DNA of 58,615 nucleotides. It comes from Ministeria vibrans ATCC 50519 (taxonomy: Eukaryota; Protista; Filasterea). The notes under the pieces were generated by a model, which saw only the letters and a program-made list of their open reading frames with translations, did no database searches and had not been told where the DNA came from. The position numbers and the translations under genes were made by a program. Of the stretch, positions 1-16,873 are shown piece after piece (within the stretch, counting starts at the first letter, position 1; every line of letters begins with the position of its first letter). The stretch lies in NCBI GenBank assembly GCA_943704425.1, contig CALSCP010000439.1, forward strand, positions 1-58,615, written 5' to 3'.

Positions 1-722
1 ACGACCTTGCCGACCTCGATCACTTTGCAAGCGACGAAATCAAGGAACAGAGCGGCACGCTTCTACATCAATACCAATCATTGCCTTGTTCATGGTGTCA
101 TTTTCGTCGTTGGGTTTGATACTGGAGTGTGCATAAAGGCCTGTGATAATGTCGGACACAGCAACGCCAATTTTGGCGCGGTCGCCCGCCTCGACGCCTG
201 TGATGTGGATGAGTCCGCCCTGCGCCTGTGCGATCAGGTCGTAGCCGCCGCGATCGCGGTAGGGCCCCGTCTGGCCGTAGCCAGTCAGCGAGCAGTAGAC
301 CAGACCAGGGTTCACCCTCATGAGCTCCTCGTGCCCAAGCCCCATTCCTTCGAGCTTGCCAGGCAAGAAGTTTTCAACGAGCACGTCCGCTTCGCGAGCA
401 AGCTGAACACAAATGTCGCGCCCTTCCTCCTGGCTCAGATCGACGGCGACCGACCGTTTGTTCCGATTGCACGACAAGAAATAGGCGCTCTCCGACGTTC
501 CATTGACAAAGGGCGGGCCCCAGGCGCGAGTGTCGTCGCCGACGCAAGGCTTCTCGATCTTGACGACGTCTGCCGAGGAAAGGAGGTTGTATCCCGTTAC
601 AGTTATTATTCACACGCAGGCAGGCTAGTACCAGCGCCAAGGTCACCCAGGAGCATGGTGCAGTAGGGCCCGGCAAGGATGCGAGACAAGTCAAGGACGC
701 GTATTCCGGCGAGAGCGAGCAT
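1..722 (-). CDS. CoA-transferase family III (CaiB/BaiF; SUGCT-like), spliced, runs off the window start
   Basis: Exon 1 from ATG 722: [34 protein letters not shown] intron ~631-570. Next exon: [57 protein letters not shown]. These are canonical family III motifs. Confidence 0.92.
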
Positions 723-931
723 GAATAAAACAAATAATTATTAATAATATTATTCTAAATTATTCGGGTCGACGAAAATCAGTTCATTGTCAAAATTTGA
801 TTTCATTGCAACTTACCAAAATCACTCAAATGTCAATTATTAAATATTATAGATCTTACGAAGAAAAACTTTTATGTACGTACAGGACAGTCAAGAGAGA
901 AAACAAAACACAATCGGAGGCATGCTCATTC

Positions 932-1920
932 TTACGAGAGAGCTCCTTGTTGGCATGCAGCATAGACAACTTCGCCGATGGGCTGAACACCGGCGCTTAC
1001 AAGTGCTGTTAACCAGTCCTACAAAGGAAAAGAAGGTGAGAGCGGTATCTTGACATCATACTACAAAAGTCACAGTGTGTGTCATTATTACCGCCATTTC
1101 CTTTGCAGTATCCGCGACTAAGTGAAACTCGGGCTTTTTCTTGTCGGCGTGCCTCAGCACAAAGTACCGATAGTCGAAAAGGTTGAAACGCTTTGTTACC
1201 TGCCGCGAAAATAACGAATGGATGATATTAGTCTCTCTATCACAAGTCTCTCAATCACTTTGCCTCTCGCTCCCTCTATCCATTTCTATCACTTCGTCTC
1301 TCTCTCTCCATCGGTTATCACTATGTCTCTCTATCACTTTGTCTCTCTCTCCATCACTTTGTCGCTCTCGATCAGTTATCACTTTATCTCTCTCGATCAG
1401 TTATCACTTTGTCTCTCTCGATCAGTTATNNNNNNNNNNNNNNNNNNNNNNNNNNNNNNNNNNNNNNNNNNNNNNNNNNNNNNNNNNNNNNNNNNNNNNN
1501 NNNNNNNNNNNNNNNNNNNNNNNNNNNNNNNNNNNNNNNNNNNNNNNNNNNNNNNNNNNNNNNNNNNNNNNNNNNNNNNNNNNNNNNNNNNNNNNNNNNN
1601 NNNNNNNNNNNNNNNNNNNNNNNNNNNNNNNNNNNNNNNNNNNNNNNNNNNNNNNNNNNNNNNNNNNNNNNNNNNNNNNNNNNNNNNNNNNNNNNNNNNN
1701 NNNNNNNNNNNNNNNNNNNNNNNNNNNNNNNNNNNNNNNNNNNNNNNNNNNNNNNNNNNNNNNNNNNNNNNNNNNNNNNNNNNNNNNNNNNNNNNNNNNN
1801 NNNNNNNNNNNNNNNNNNNNNNNNNNNNNNNNNNNNNNNNNNNNNNNNNNNNNNNNNNNNNNNNNNNNNNNNNNNNNNNNNNNNNNNNNNNNNNNNNNNN
1901 NNNNNNNNNNNNNNNNNNNN

Positions 1921-2006
<86 letters not shown>

Positions 2007-2351
2007 CTTTGTCTCTCTCTATCACTTGGTCTCAGCCTCACTCTCTATCATTCTGTCTTTGTCTCTCTGTTTGTCGCTCTCTGCCCATCCCACCTTGGGG
2101 TCATCAACAGCTTCGACTGAGTAGCCCCCAATGTCCACATGCCCCTTGGCGACTTCCATCGGCTGCTTTTCGACAAAGTAGATGAGGAGACCGTTCTTCG
2201 TCAGAATAAACCATCGCTTCTTCCAGTTCTTCACACGATGCCCCTGCACAGACAAAAGCACACGGGAGAGGGCTGGGTCAGACAGGAGGGCGTGACAGGC
2301 GCTGGAAGTGACACTCGGATGTGTTACCTCCTTCGTCAGAAACCCCTCCAT
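932..2351 (-). CDS. Small PH-domain protein (multi-exon, spans N-gap)
   Basis: Exons read MEGFLTKE|GHRVKNWKKRWFILTKNGLLIYF...KGHVDI...|...RYFVLRHADKKKPEFHLVADTAKEMA|DWLTAL...*. This gives the PH beta1/beta2 motif and the C-terminal helix with conserved Trp. Stop TAA at 932-934. Confidence 0.8.
1230..2085. repeat. Intronic (CT)n microsatellite with interspersed CTCTATCACTTTG motif; includes N-gap 1430-1920
   Basis: Directly visible. The same motif recurs at ~5020-5050 (reverse), 13320-13770 and 21115-21240. Confidence 0.9.
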
Positions 2352-2624
2352 TCGCGAGTCGCCTTCGAGCGATCCAAGAATCACATTCAGTCCCATCACA
2401 CAAGTCCTTCGCTTTTCAACGAGTGAAATCGATTGAATTTCAAATCTTTTAACTTAGTCAATCACGTTGATAATAATTATTTTGGGGTTTTGACAATTGA
2501 CACACAATTTTACAATGGACAAGGGAAAACGACCCCGTCATGGCGGTGGGCAATCGTCGCAGCAGCCGAAGAAGAAACGCCCCAAGTGTACTGGCACAAA
2601 ACTTCGCTTCTGCGCGCCATTCTT

Positions 2625-5401
<2,777 letters not shown>

Positions 5402-5797
5402 AGAATTGTGTTTTGCACGAAGCATGATATTAGAGTGAACTGTACATCTCTCAAATTCAATTCCCCCCCTCCCCCACCCCCAGCAAATACAATGGGGAAG
5501 GAAACAAACTGAAATACAATCGAAATTCATGGCACGCGATCATGATTCAATTATTGGGGCTAGCCTATGATTGTTTGTACTGTGTGTTCATTTCCTTTTG
5601 AGTAAACCTTTTGACTTCATTTTTTATGTTAATTATAAATAATTTCATAACGCTTTTCGTTTCATCGTTTGTAATTGATAATAGATTGGAAATGTCTTCT
5701 TGACTTGAATGACTTCTTCTTCTTCTTCTAATATTTTTTTTGACTTTTTAGGCTTGATTGTGTTTTCTAGCTTGACTGCATTCACCAGACAGCAAGA

Positions 5798-7689
5798 ATG
5801 TCGAAAATAATGGGTCAGATGAAGGAGAATTCTGCGGCGACGAGAGACGTTCTGGAGGATTTTGCGCGATTCTCGAAAGAAATATCCAAGACGGACCAGC
5901 AGTTGTCGAGTAGTAGGGGGACTCTTGAGTCGGCGGCTGTACGGTGGTGGACGAGCAGATCGCAAAGCAAGAGAGACTGACTCCGCATCTTGTATGACAG
6001 TTTCCTCCCGTTCGCAACACAGTCGCACCTGCGACCGTCGCGGCCGTGTCCCCCGCCGCACCCGCCGCAGACAAGCCGAAGAGGATAGCGGCGTACGACT
6101 ACCGCGCCTGGGACCAATACGACGCAGTACACCGCCCAATGCAATGCGAGTGTGTGCACTGCCTGACACTGTGTGTTTTCTGTCAGGACGAAGCAAGCAA
6201 GGATGTCGACTTGGTCCGCCTGTCCGAGGAGGCTCTCGCCCGGCAAATGGCTGAGAGCGAGCGCCAAATGGGCAACGCACATTTCAAAGCGAAGCGGTTC
6301 GACGAGGCCATCCAGTGCTACACGCAAGGACTTGACGCAGATCACCATTCCGTGCTACTCCTTGCCAATCGCGCACTGGCGTACATCAGAGTGAAACGGT
6401 AGAGTGCATCGCAAAGCTGACGAGGAGTCCACCTCTGGTGTGTTTATTGACGTGTGTCTTTTAGGTTTGCTGAGGCGGAAGAGGATTGCACTCGAGCCGT
6501 CGCGTGCGACCCCAAGTGTGTTAAGGCGTACGGACGACGCGCACAGGCACGGACGTCTCTGGGTAACAGGGAGGGTGCCATTGCGGGTACGACGCAGATG
6601 CTACCGTTGCACATGTGAAACTCATGTATGTGGTAGATTGGAAGAGTGTGCTGAAAGTGGAACCGACCAACAGCGAAGCCAAGACAGCGCTGGCGGCACT
6701 ACAGCCGGAGACCATGAAGCAGCAACCTCAGAAACACACGCCAACACCCTCTCCTGTGAGTAGCAATGTAGGGCGGAGGGCAGTTCCGCCTGGAATGGTG
6801 CGCTTGGCCATCAGCGAGGTGGGTGAGCCCATCAGCTCCCCCACCACCACTACAAGTCCCCTGCCCATCACTCCTCTTCCACCATCCCCTTCCTCTTCGT
6901 CCCTTGCGACAACTGTGCCTGCCACTGTCGTCCCATCTCTTGTGCCTGCCACTGTCGTCCCGTCTCGTGCGCCCGCTGTCCCCAGCACTGAAACTGTCGC
7001 TGTTCCGGTGGAGGAGAAAATTGCCAGGGACACAGATTATCTCCTGCAAAAGGTTCGATACAGATCCGGATCAGATTGGATGTTGACTGTTCGTTGAGTC
7101 TGCTCAGGTTCCCAAAACAGTACCTAAGAATGCGGTTGAGTTTCAGAAGTTGCTGCGCCAGTTTCTCAACCACGACGAAGCACTCTTCCGTCTCATACAG
7201 GTCTCTCTTCTCGCACAAGATTGAGCCCGATTCACTTTGTCTTCATTTGTCACTTTGTTTTTTTTTTCCTTCTTTCTCTCTCTCTCTCTTTTCTTTCTTC
7301 TTTTTTCTCTCTCTCCCTTTGTCTGTCTGCCTTTTAGCTTATCCCTCCTGCTCGTCTGACGGGTCTCTTGTCCACTGCGCTCGACATGCCTCTCATTGTG
7401 CGTCTTGTGCGTCTCGTCCATGCCCTCTTCCCCGCTCACGCCACTCCTGCTGCGCCCATGCTGCGTGCTCTTGCTTCCGTCAGGCGCTTCCCTGTGCTTG
7501 TCTCTATGGCCTCCTCTACCGACCAAAGCGGTACGTTCCCTTCTTTTTAGACAGATTGTTTTGTGTTTATTTTTTGTGTTTGTTTTGATTACAGTTTTCC
7601 GGCAGTTGTACGCTGATGCAGATGCGCTGGTCGATACCGATGACACGCGTGCGCTTCTGGTGGATTATTTTGATGTACAAAACGAATAG
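5798..7689 (+). CDS. RPAP3: RPAP3/Tah1-like TPR co-chaperone (R2TP complex)
   Basis: N-terminus QMKENSAATRDVLEDFARFSKEISKTD and RIAAYDYRAWD; TPR repeat GNAHFKAKRFDEAIQCYT..LLANRALAYIRVK; C-terminal VPKNAVEFQK...RRFPVLVSM (RPAP3_C-like). Several GT-AG introns. Confidence 0.85.
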
Positions 7690-8229
7690 TAGGAATAAAT
7701 TGAAGTAGGAAGAATACAACCCATTTAGTAATGATACAAATGAAATAAGCAGTGATTCAGTCGCCACGCGAAAACAAATCAACGAAGTAAACAAAAGAGA
7801 ACAAAATAATAATATTTTATGTAGGAGCAAGAAGAGTAAATAATAGTAGTAATCTGATACTTATGTATCTGAAATATTCTTAATTGCATTGTATTACTCT
7901 TGTTGTATGTAAATTTTTACGTTTTTGAGTAAATTTCTTCCCAAGTTGAATGATCAAGTTGGATGCCATCTCTTTATTTATTCTCTTCCCCCAGTCCCCT
8001 CCCCTGATCCCTTTCCCCCTCCGATCTTCGAGATCCGTCCTCGGGCCCTTCCTCCTCCGCTATCATGGATATATCCTTCGTCTTTGTCCTAGGAGATCCA
8101 AATGTAATTCGAATTATTTATTTTGGAAATGTCTTCTTCTTCTTCAAAGTAGTTCAAACTCAAATAATTCATTATTCAATATTCACTTTTTTTTTGAAGA
8201 AAACACTACACAGGAGACCTCATACTATC

Positions 8230-8639
8230 ATGTCAAAGCTTACACTTACGTACTTTAACCTTCTTGGCCGCGCTGGATCCACCCGAGTGGCTTTGAAAAA
8301 CGCCGGTAAAAAATTGCGGCGCATCAAATAATATTTTGTTTGTTTGCTCACCTGTGTACGGCTCACTGCGCAGGAATCGACTTTGAGGACGAGCGGATAG
8401 ACTTTGCAGCGCTTGTTGCGCGACGGGGTGAGGCGGGCGCCAGCGACGATGTGCCGCTTGGAAGCCTTCCGGTGATGAAGTTTGCCGATGGTACAGTGCA
8501 TGCGCAAAGCGGCGCTCTGGCACGCTGGGCGGGCGCGCAGGGCGACAAGCCCATGTACCCGACCAAGGACCTTGCAAAGATGCTCCTTGTCGACGAGGTG
8601 CTTGAGACGTGCGCCGACATGTTTTCGACTGCGCCGCAG
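8230..8639 (+). CDS. Glutathione S-transferase (sigma-like), 5' part; 3' end lost in gap
   Basis: MSKLTLTYFNLLGRAGSTRVAL|GIDFEDERI...PLGSLPV...AQSGALARWAG. A GT donor at 8640 is followed by (TAA)n and the N-gap. Confidence 0.9.
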
Positions 8640-8660
8640 GTCAGTTGGACACTCAACACA

Positions 8661-8683
8661 AATAATAATAATAATTATATTTT

Positions 8684-8773
<90 letters not shown>

Positions 8774-8790
8774 TATTATTATTTATAATA
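8661..8790. repeat. (TAA)n microsatellite abutting N-gap 8794-9682
   Basis: Directly visible. Confidence 0.95.
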
Positions 8791-9760
8791 TTGNNNNNNN
8801 NNNNNNNNNNNNNNNNNNNNNNNNNNNNNNNNNNNNNNNNNNNNNNNNNNNNNNNNNNNNNNNNNNNNNNNNNNNNNNNNNNNNNNNNNNNNNNNNNNNN
8901 NNNNNNNNNNNNNNNNNNNNNNNNNNNNNNNNNNNNNNNNNNNNNNNNNNNNNNNNNNNNNNNNNNNNNNNNNNNNNNNNNNNNNNNNNNNNNNNNNNNN
9001 NNNNNNNNNNNNNNNNNNNNNNNNNNNNNNNNNNNNNNNNNNNNNNNNNNNNNNNNNNNNNNNNNNNNNNNNNNNNNNNNNNNNNNNNNNNNNNNNNNNN
9101 NNNNNNNNNNNNNNNNNNNNNNNNNNNNNNNNNNNNNNNNNNNNNNNNNNNNNNNNNNNNNNNNNNNNNNNNNNNNNNNNNNNNNNNNNNNNNNNNNNNN
9201 NNNNNNNNNNNNNNNNNNNNNNNNNNNNNNNNNNNNNNNNNNNNNNNNNNNNNNNNNNNNNNNNNNNNNNNNNNNNNNNNNNNNNNNNNNNNNNNNNNNN
9301 NNNNNNNNNNNNNNNNNNNNNNNNNNNNNNNNNNNNNNNNNNNNNNNNNNNNNNNNNNNNNNNNNNNNNNNNNNNNNNNNNNNNNNNNNNNNNNNNNNNN
9401 NNNNNNNNNNNNNNNNNNNNNNNNNNNNNNNNNNNNNNNNNNNNNNNNNNNNNNNNNNNNNNNNNNNNNNNNNNNNNNNNNNNNNNNNNNNNNNNNNNNN
9501 NNNNNNNNNNNNNNNNNNNNNNNNNNNNNNNNNNNNNNNNNNNNNNNNNNNNNNNNNNNNNNNNNNNNNNNNNNNNNNNNNNNNNNNNNNNNNNNNNNNN
9601 NNNNNNNNNNNNNNNNNNNNNNNNNNNNNNNNNNNNNNNNNNNNNNNNNNNNNNNNNNNNNNNNNNNNNNNNNNNNNNNNNNGGGGGGGGGAAGGTGTGG
9701 GGTGTGGGTGGGTTGTTGGTGGACAATATCGGTGATCGGTGGAGTAGGGAGGGAGCTTAC

Positions 9761-12405
9761 TCGCGAACAGAAGAGACGTCCCATGCTCCAATGGGCTGGT
9801 TGAAGTCCGCTGCGTTTTGAAACATGCTCTCCATGGTCGTCACGCGACTCGTGTCCCATGCGCCAATAGATGCGTTGAACTTGCTGTCTGAAAACATATT
9901 CTTCATTGAAAACACCTAAGCAACAACAGAGACGGATTCAACAACAGACGGATTTTGGAGGGATAAGCCAGAGTCAAACCGTTTGGCCGGGTGCTCGACC
10001 CCTCTTACGTTGCTTGTATTCCATTGATGGAGGTCTCGATTGAAGTTTGAAGAAGAGAACATACTCTCCATTGTACCGCACTACACGTCAGAGAGAGAGA
10101 GAGAGAAAAGAAAAAGGGAGAAAGGACAACGTGAGAAAAGAAAGAATGGGAAAAACACAAAGTGATAGGGGGAGAAAAATAGAAGAGAGGGAGAAATAAT
10201 GTAATGGAGAAAATTAAAGAGAGAACAAAGCGATAGAGAAAGCGGAGTGAGAGAAGAAAAGAGTGATATGGATTCGCATGCAGTGCATCTGTCGCTTACA
10301 CTGTGTGTATCCCACGCGTTGATTTCCTGATTGAACTCAAACGTGTCAAAGAACATGAATGCCATGGTCGACACCTAAAAGGGGGGGGGCATGAGACAAA
10401 ACGAAAATGATCAAAACACTTTTTTTTTTGGCTCTGCCTGTTTTAGTACCATTCCTGTGTTGAAATGGGCGAGAGCTTGATTGAAGAGGAAAGCTTCCTG
10501 GAACATGGCAGCCATAGATGTTGCCTGAGAAGGAGGAAAAAAACACACAACGCGTGCACGTGAGCCATGGACACACCCCTTTTCATTTAGTTTTTTCGTC
10601 ACTCACTGATCTGGTGTCAAAGTCAAGCGGATAATTGAAAGTGGACGCTTCGTAGAACATAAACGAAAAATCAGACACCTAAGACACGCAGAGTACACTT
10701 TGATCAAAAGAAGCAAAACAACAGCAAAGAAGAAGAAGTACCTTTGAGGTGTCCCATGAGCCAAGAGCGCTACTGAAGGACGCCGCCTGGTAGAACATGC
10801 CCTGCATGGTCACAACCTAAAAAAGATTGTTATTTCCTCCTGACACCCAGCGCTTACATATATTTATCATCGTTATTATTATTATAATTAATAATAACTT
10901 ATATATAACACAGATACTCACCACTCACACCACAAAGACACACAAAGACCAAATACACACAAAGATACACACACACACATTGTACATTTCCTGTGTTCCA
11001 TTGATCCAACGGCTGATTGAAAGCTGTCGCCAAATGGAACATATAGTCCATATGAGTCACCTGAGCGAGTCAAAGACGAACACGTATTAGGGGGAGACAA
11101 AACACTTGTTATCCCTTACTTGGCTGACATCCCAGGCATTAAAGTTGCCTTGTGTGTCGACGCCCGACTCCTTAAATGCGGCCGTAAGAGTCGTCGTACC
11201 AAGTAGGATAGGCTGGTCTGTCGCTGTGATCTTGAGGTTGGTGCAGCCCTCAAAGTAGCCGCCGCTATTGCCCAGTTGCAGCGGGCCCCACGCATCCACC
11301 GAGACAATCAACGAGGCATACTCATTGGATTGGAAAGACCAGCCGTCAATGATGCCCGTTACTTCGACGACATAAAAGCCAGTCATCGAGTACATGTGTG
11401 ATGCGTTGGGATCGTTGTACGCTGACACGGACACGGTACCACTGCCGTCGCCATAGTTGACTGAGAAATTGTAGTTGCTACCAGTTGAACCAGGGATAAT
11501 TAATGAGAAGAGATTCCAAGGAAATTCCAAGAGAAGACATTTCCAATAATGGAGAAAACGGTGACAAAAAAACAATTAAATTATTAATAATTATTATTAT
11601 TTAATTACCCGTCTGAGCGGAGAGGAAGAGCAATGATGCCACCTGCTGGAGTGGACCAGGTCGTGATGAAGCTTGTGAGTGGGGTTTTCACGGTGATGCT
11701 GAAGGTGCACTCGGCACTGCGACCGATCGAGTCGGTCGCCAGATAAGTGACACGGGTCGTGCCCACTGGAAATGCTGTGTTGTTTGTGTGACTCACAGAG
11801 AGCGAAACGGAAGTGTCATCCATTACAACGGGGTCTTCCCAGGTCGCCACAGCCGACACGGTGGTCCACAAAGTCTGATTTCGGGGACATCCCGAAGGGA
11901 ATTGTGGGGGTGTCGAGTCGATGGTGCAGGAAATGTTGAAGAGACAAAGACCGCGACGAGTGCCGCCGTCGCCGAGTGCGACCAGGAAGACGGGCGTGAC
12001 GCCCGCAGGGAAGAGTGTCACGCTGGAGGTCGCCGAAGACACCCACTCACTCACTGCCTCGCCGCTAGCGGCGGTAGGCAAGGTCCACTCGGCGAGGCAG
12101 TGCGAGCCATCGGTGAACAAGGTCTGCGATAACGGGCAATTGTCGAGCGCAATCAGAGTGGCGGCGGCGCACGAGCCCTCCAGAGTCTCCATCCTTGTCA
12201 CAAGCTCGGATATCATTGTGCCACACATGGCCTCTGTGGCAACCGCCTCGCCGTTCTGCGTCAACCGGCCGAGAACGGTGACATTGCCGCCTGTGTCAGG
12301 TGCGAGGATGACGCTCCCATCAACACTATATATCTCTGCCTCTCCTTGCACTCCCAAGGCGACTCCCAGTAGCACAACAAGTGCTAGCGGCGCGCAGCGG
12401 AGCAT
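9761..12405 (-). CDS. Secreted/surface protein: signal peptide, cubilin-N-like coiled-coil module, 2x HYR, PKD-like cap, DUF285/BspA-type 25-aa repeats; 3' end in gap
   Basis: Exons 12405-11609, 11477-11120, 11060-10986, 10816-10742, 10678-10607, 10524-10450, 10374-10300, 10080-10009, 9915-9761; all GT-AG and in frame. HYR: DSTPPQFPSGCP..FPVGTTRVTYLATD..CTFSITV. Repeat consensus V.TM..MF..A..FNQ.L..W(D/N)T. Confidence 0.9.
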
Positions 12406-12558
12406 AGATAGCGGCGAGATGATTTAGAATGAATGACTGACAGAATTCAGAATTGAGAATTCAGAGAGGAGTCATTAATTGTAAAATCACTGCTAAAAGG
12501 AGAATATTTCGCAATTCGCTCTTTCTTCACCTCACCACCAGCCCACCAATCCATCATC

Positions 12559-14433
<1,875 letters not shown>

Positions 14434-14508
14434 AACTTACTTCCTTCCCATGTATTTTCTGAAATGAACGACTCTTCAAACTGATCCCGTGAACACGTCC
14501 ACAATTCT

Positions 14509-16363
14509 TCATTCCTTCTTCATTTGCGCCTTCTCGCCAATTGCACCGCCGGGATGATTGCTGCGAAAGTGAGCAGCGTCAAAGGCAGTGCGAGACGCCA
14601 CGGCGCGCACAAGCGCATTCGCGGCGACCTCTTGGACAACAAGAGATGCCGCGGGAACACCGCCAAAAGGATCGGAGGCGAAAAGGAGAGAGTAGGGCAC
14701 GGTAGAGGGCAGGAGGAGTGGCGGAGAGGTGGGAGTAACGCCCACGATGGCAGCGAGGGTCAGCGACGGGCCGTGGCGCGCGCGGAGGTGCTCGAATGCC
14801 GATACGCATTCGGCAGTGCGACCCGAGTGCGACAGGCACACAACCAGGTCGGAGGGACGCACACAGCCAAGATCGCCATGGAGAAACTCAGTGGCGTGGG
14901 TGAAGTGTGCGGGTACGCTGATGGAGGCAAGAGACGCCGCAAGACGACGACCCACTGCGCCACTCTTGCCTACGCCCGTCACATGCACATGACCGCCAGC
15001 ACTCACCACGTCCACCACCTGCGCACTCAGCGCTACCAGTCCGTGCAGGAATGCACTGTTTTCCGGCTCAAGCAACCGCATCACTGCTACCACATCATTC
15101 ACAACCGCGTCGCCCACTGCACGCGCCAGCACATCACCCTCACCCACCGACTCTCTCACTGCCCTTTGCAGCTCCGCAAAAACTTCATCGTCGTCCATTT
15201 CGGACTCTTCTTCGTCATGGTCACCCACCTCTTCATCCTTCTCTCCGTTTTGAGCAGGCGCCTCTTCCACACTCTGTCCAGGTTGGGCAAGCAGAGAGGC
15301 AATGCGCGGCGAAAGACTCGTCAGGTGCCCTTCACTCTGACCCACCACAGGCAGTGCGCCCAGTACCTGGCAGCAGGCAGCACCGGCAGCATTTGCCAGC
15401 TCGGCTGCACGACGCATCTGCTCTTCCGTCGAGGGAATACCACCGTCGTGCACCATCGCTGCAATGAGACCGCCCAGGAAGGCATCCCCAGCCCCTGTCG
15501 CATCCACCACACTGTCGGCACTCAGCGGCAGTGCCGCCAGCGAGACAGTCACACCACTGTCACTAGAAAACACCGCTGGCTTCGCTCCGTCCGTCATGGC
15601 CACCAGTTGTGCGCCACTTGCGCTGCGCAGTCGCTCCGCCACACAATCTACAATAAAAATAGGAAAAACGTCATAATTATTTTTAATTATTATTGTATTT
15701 CTTCGGCTCAGTTTATCATGATGAATTTATCATCAATATAATCGTAATACCAGATGACATGGCAGCTGCCATTTCAAAAGTGACAGAGTTATCAAGGTGA
15801 GGCAACAGCTCAACAGCCGCGTGCATGGCAGGCTTGAGCACGTCGGCAGTGCGCACGCAAGCCAGAAGCGTCGCCATGTCGCCCAGACGTGCCTCGTCTA
15901 TGGCCACCGATGGCGACACGTCAATGTCCAGAATGCTCGGTACGGACGCCTTGCGTGCCATGTCAAGCAAAGCCTGGATATATAGGAAAACACATATAAG
16001 CGGCATGTCAATCATATGGGTGCGTGTTGTATTCTTACTTTGACGCCGGTGAGGGGAACCTGCGAAATTTCTGTAGTGACCATTCTCGACTGAGCAATCG
16101 CCTCTGAGAATGACTCTGTGGCAACTTTGGCGTCGATGGCCGAGGTTGAACCACTCGCCATAATGATAGTTCGTTCTACGTTGACAGAAGATTGGAAAGC
16201 AGGTCCTTGAGGCGTTGTAGTGCGCGATACCTCCGTCGGGCGCACTAAACACAAACGACTCGGCAGTGCTCAGGTCGTCTCCAGTCCGAATGTACTCTGT
16301 GCTTACGCCCAGCTGCACAAGCTTGTGGCGAATCATGCGACCCGAGCTGTCGTCTCCCTACGC

Positions 16364-16410
<47 letters not shown>

Positions 16411-16726
16411 AATAAGTATGACAATCTATCGAGTCACAAGGGAACCTCACCTCAAGCGCCATCAACGCTGTAGGCACCCCCAAGGCACGAGCCCATGCCA
16501 AATGGTTCAGAGTCACCCCTCCAACGATGCTATTTTCCAGAGTCTACAACGGCACAGAGTGAGCGAAGAGACAGACGAGTCCACAAAAAATTGATAATAC
16601 CTTCGTAGGAGAAGCAAAAAACCCCTTTTCGCCGGGCTTCGGGAGAGCTCTAACTTTGAAGAAGCGATCAACAACATTGCTGCCGCATCCTACAACAAAC
16701 CGCGAGGCTCGCGAAGCAATCGTCAT
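14509..16726 (-). CDS. Fusion of a PfkB/ribokinase-family sugar kinase and an SIS domain of the arabinose-5-phosphate isomerase (KdsD/GutQ/KpsF) type
   Basis: PfkB: VVGCGSNVVD, GGVTLN, DATGAGDAFLGG. SIS: VTGVGKSGAVGRRLAASLAS..F.HATE.LHGDLG, LSHSGRTAE, C-terminal FRSNHPGGAIG. The PfkB C-terminal motif and the SIS domain lie in the same uninterrupted exon (14509-15649). Confidence 0.9.
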
Positions 16727-16873
16727 TAACGAAATTTGTATTGTGTGCTAGAAATTTTAATGAAGTGAGCGTTCATTTTTGAATAGGACTTGAAAGTGTC
16801 TTGAATAGCACTACTTGAATTATGAATACATACTAATTCATTGTCAAGTCTTTCCTTCACCTTTGTTCATTAC

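Noticed and set aside
1183-2185. Long ORFs of LSLSLS/ERERER/X, and similar ORFs at 8220-9859 and 13318-13794
   Set aside because: Produced by microsatellites and N runs inside introns or gaps.
6914-6962. 27-nt duplication (VPATVVPS x2) in RPAP3
   Set aside because: Trivial slippage in a disordered linker.
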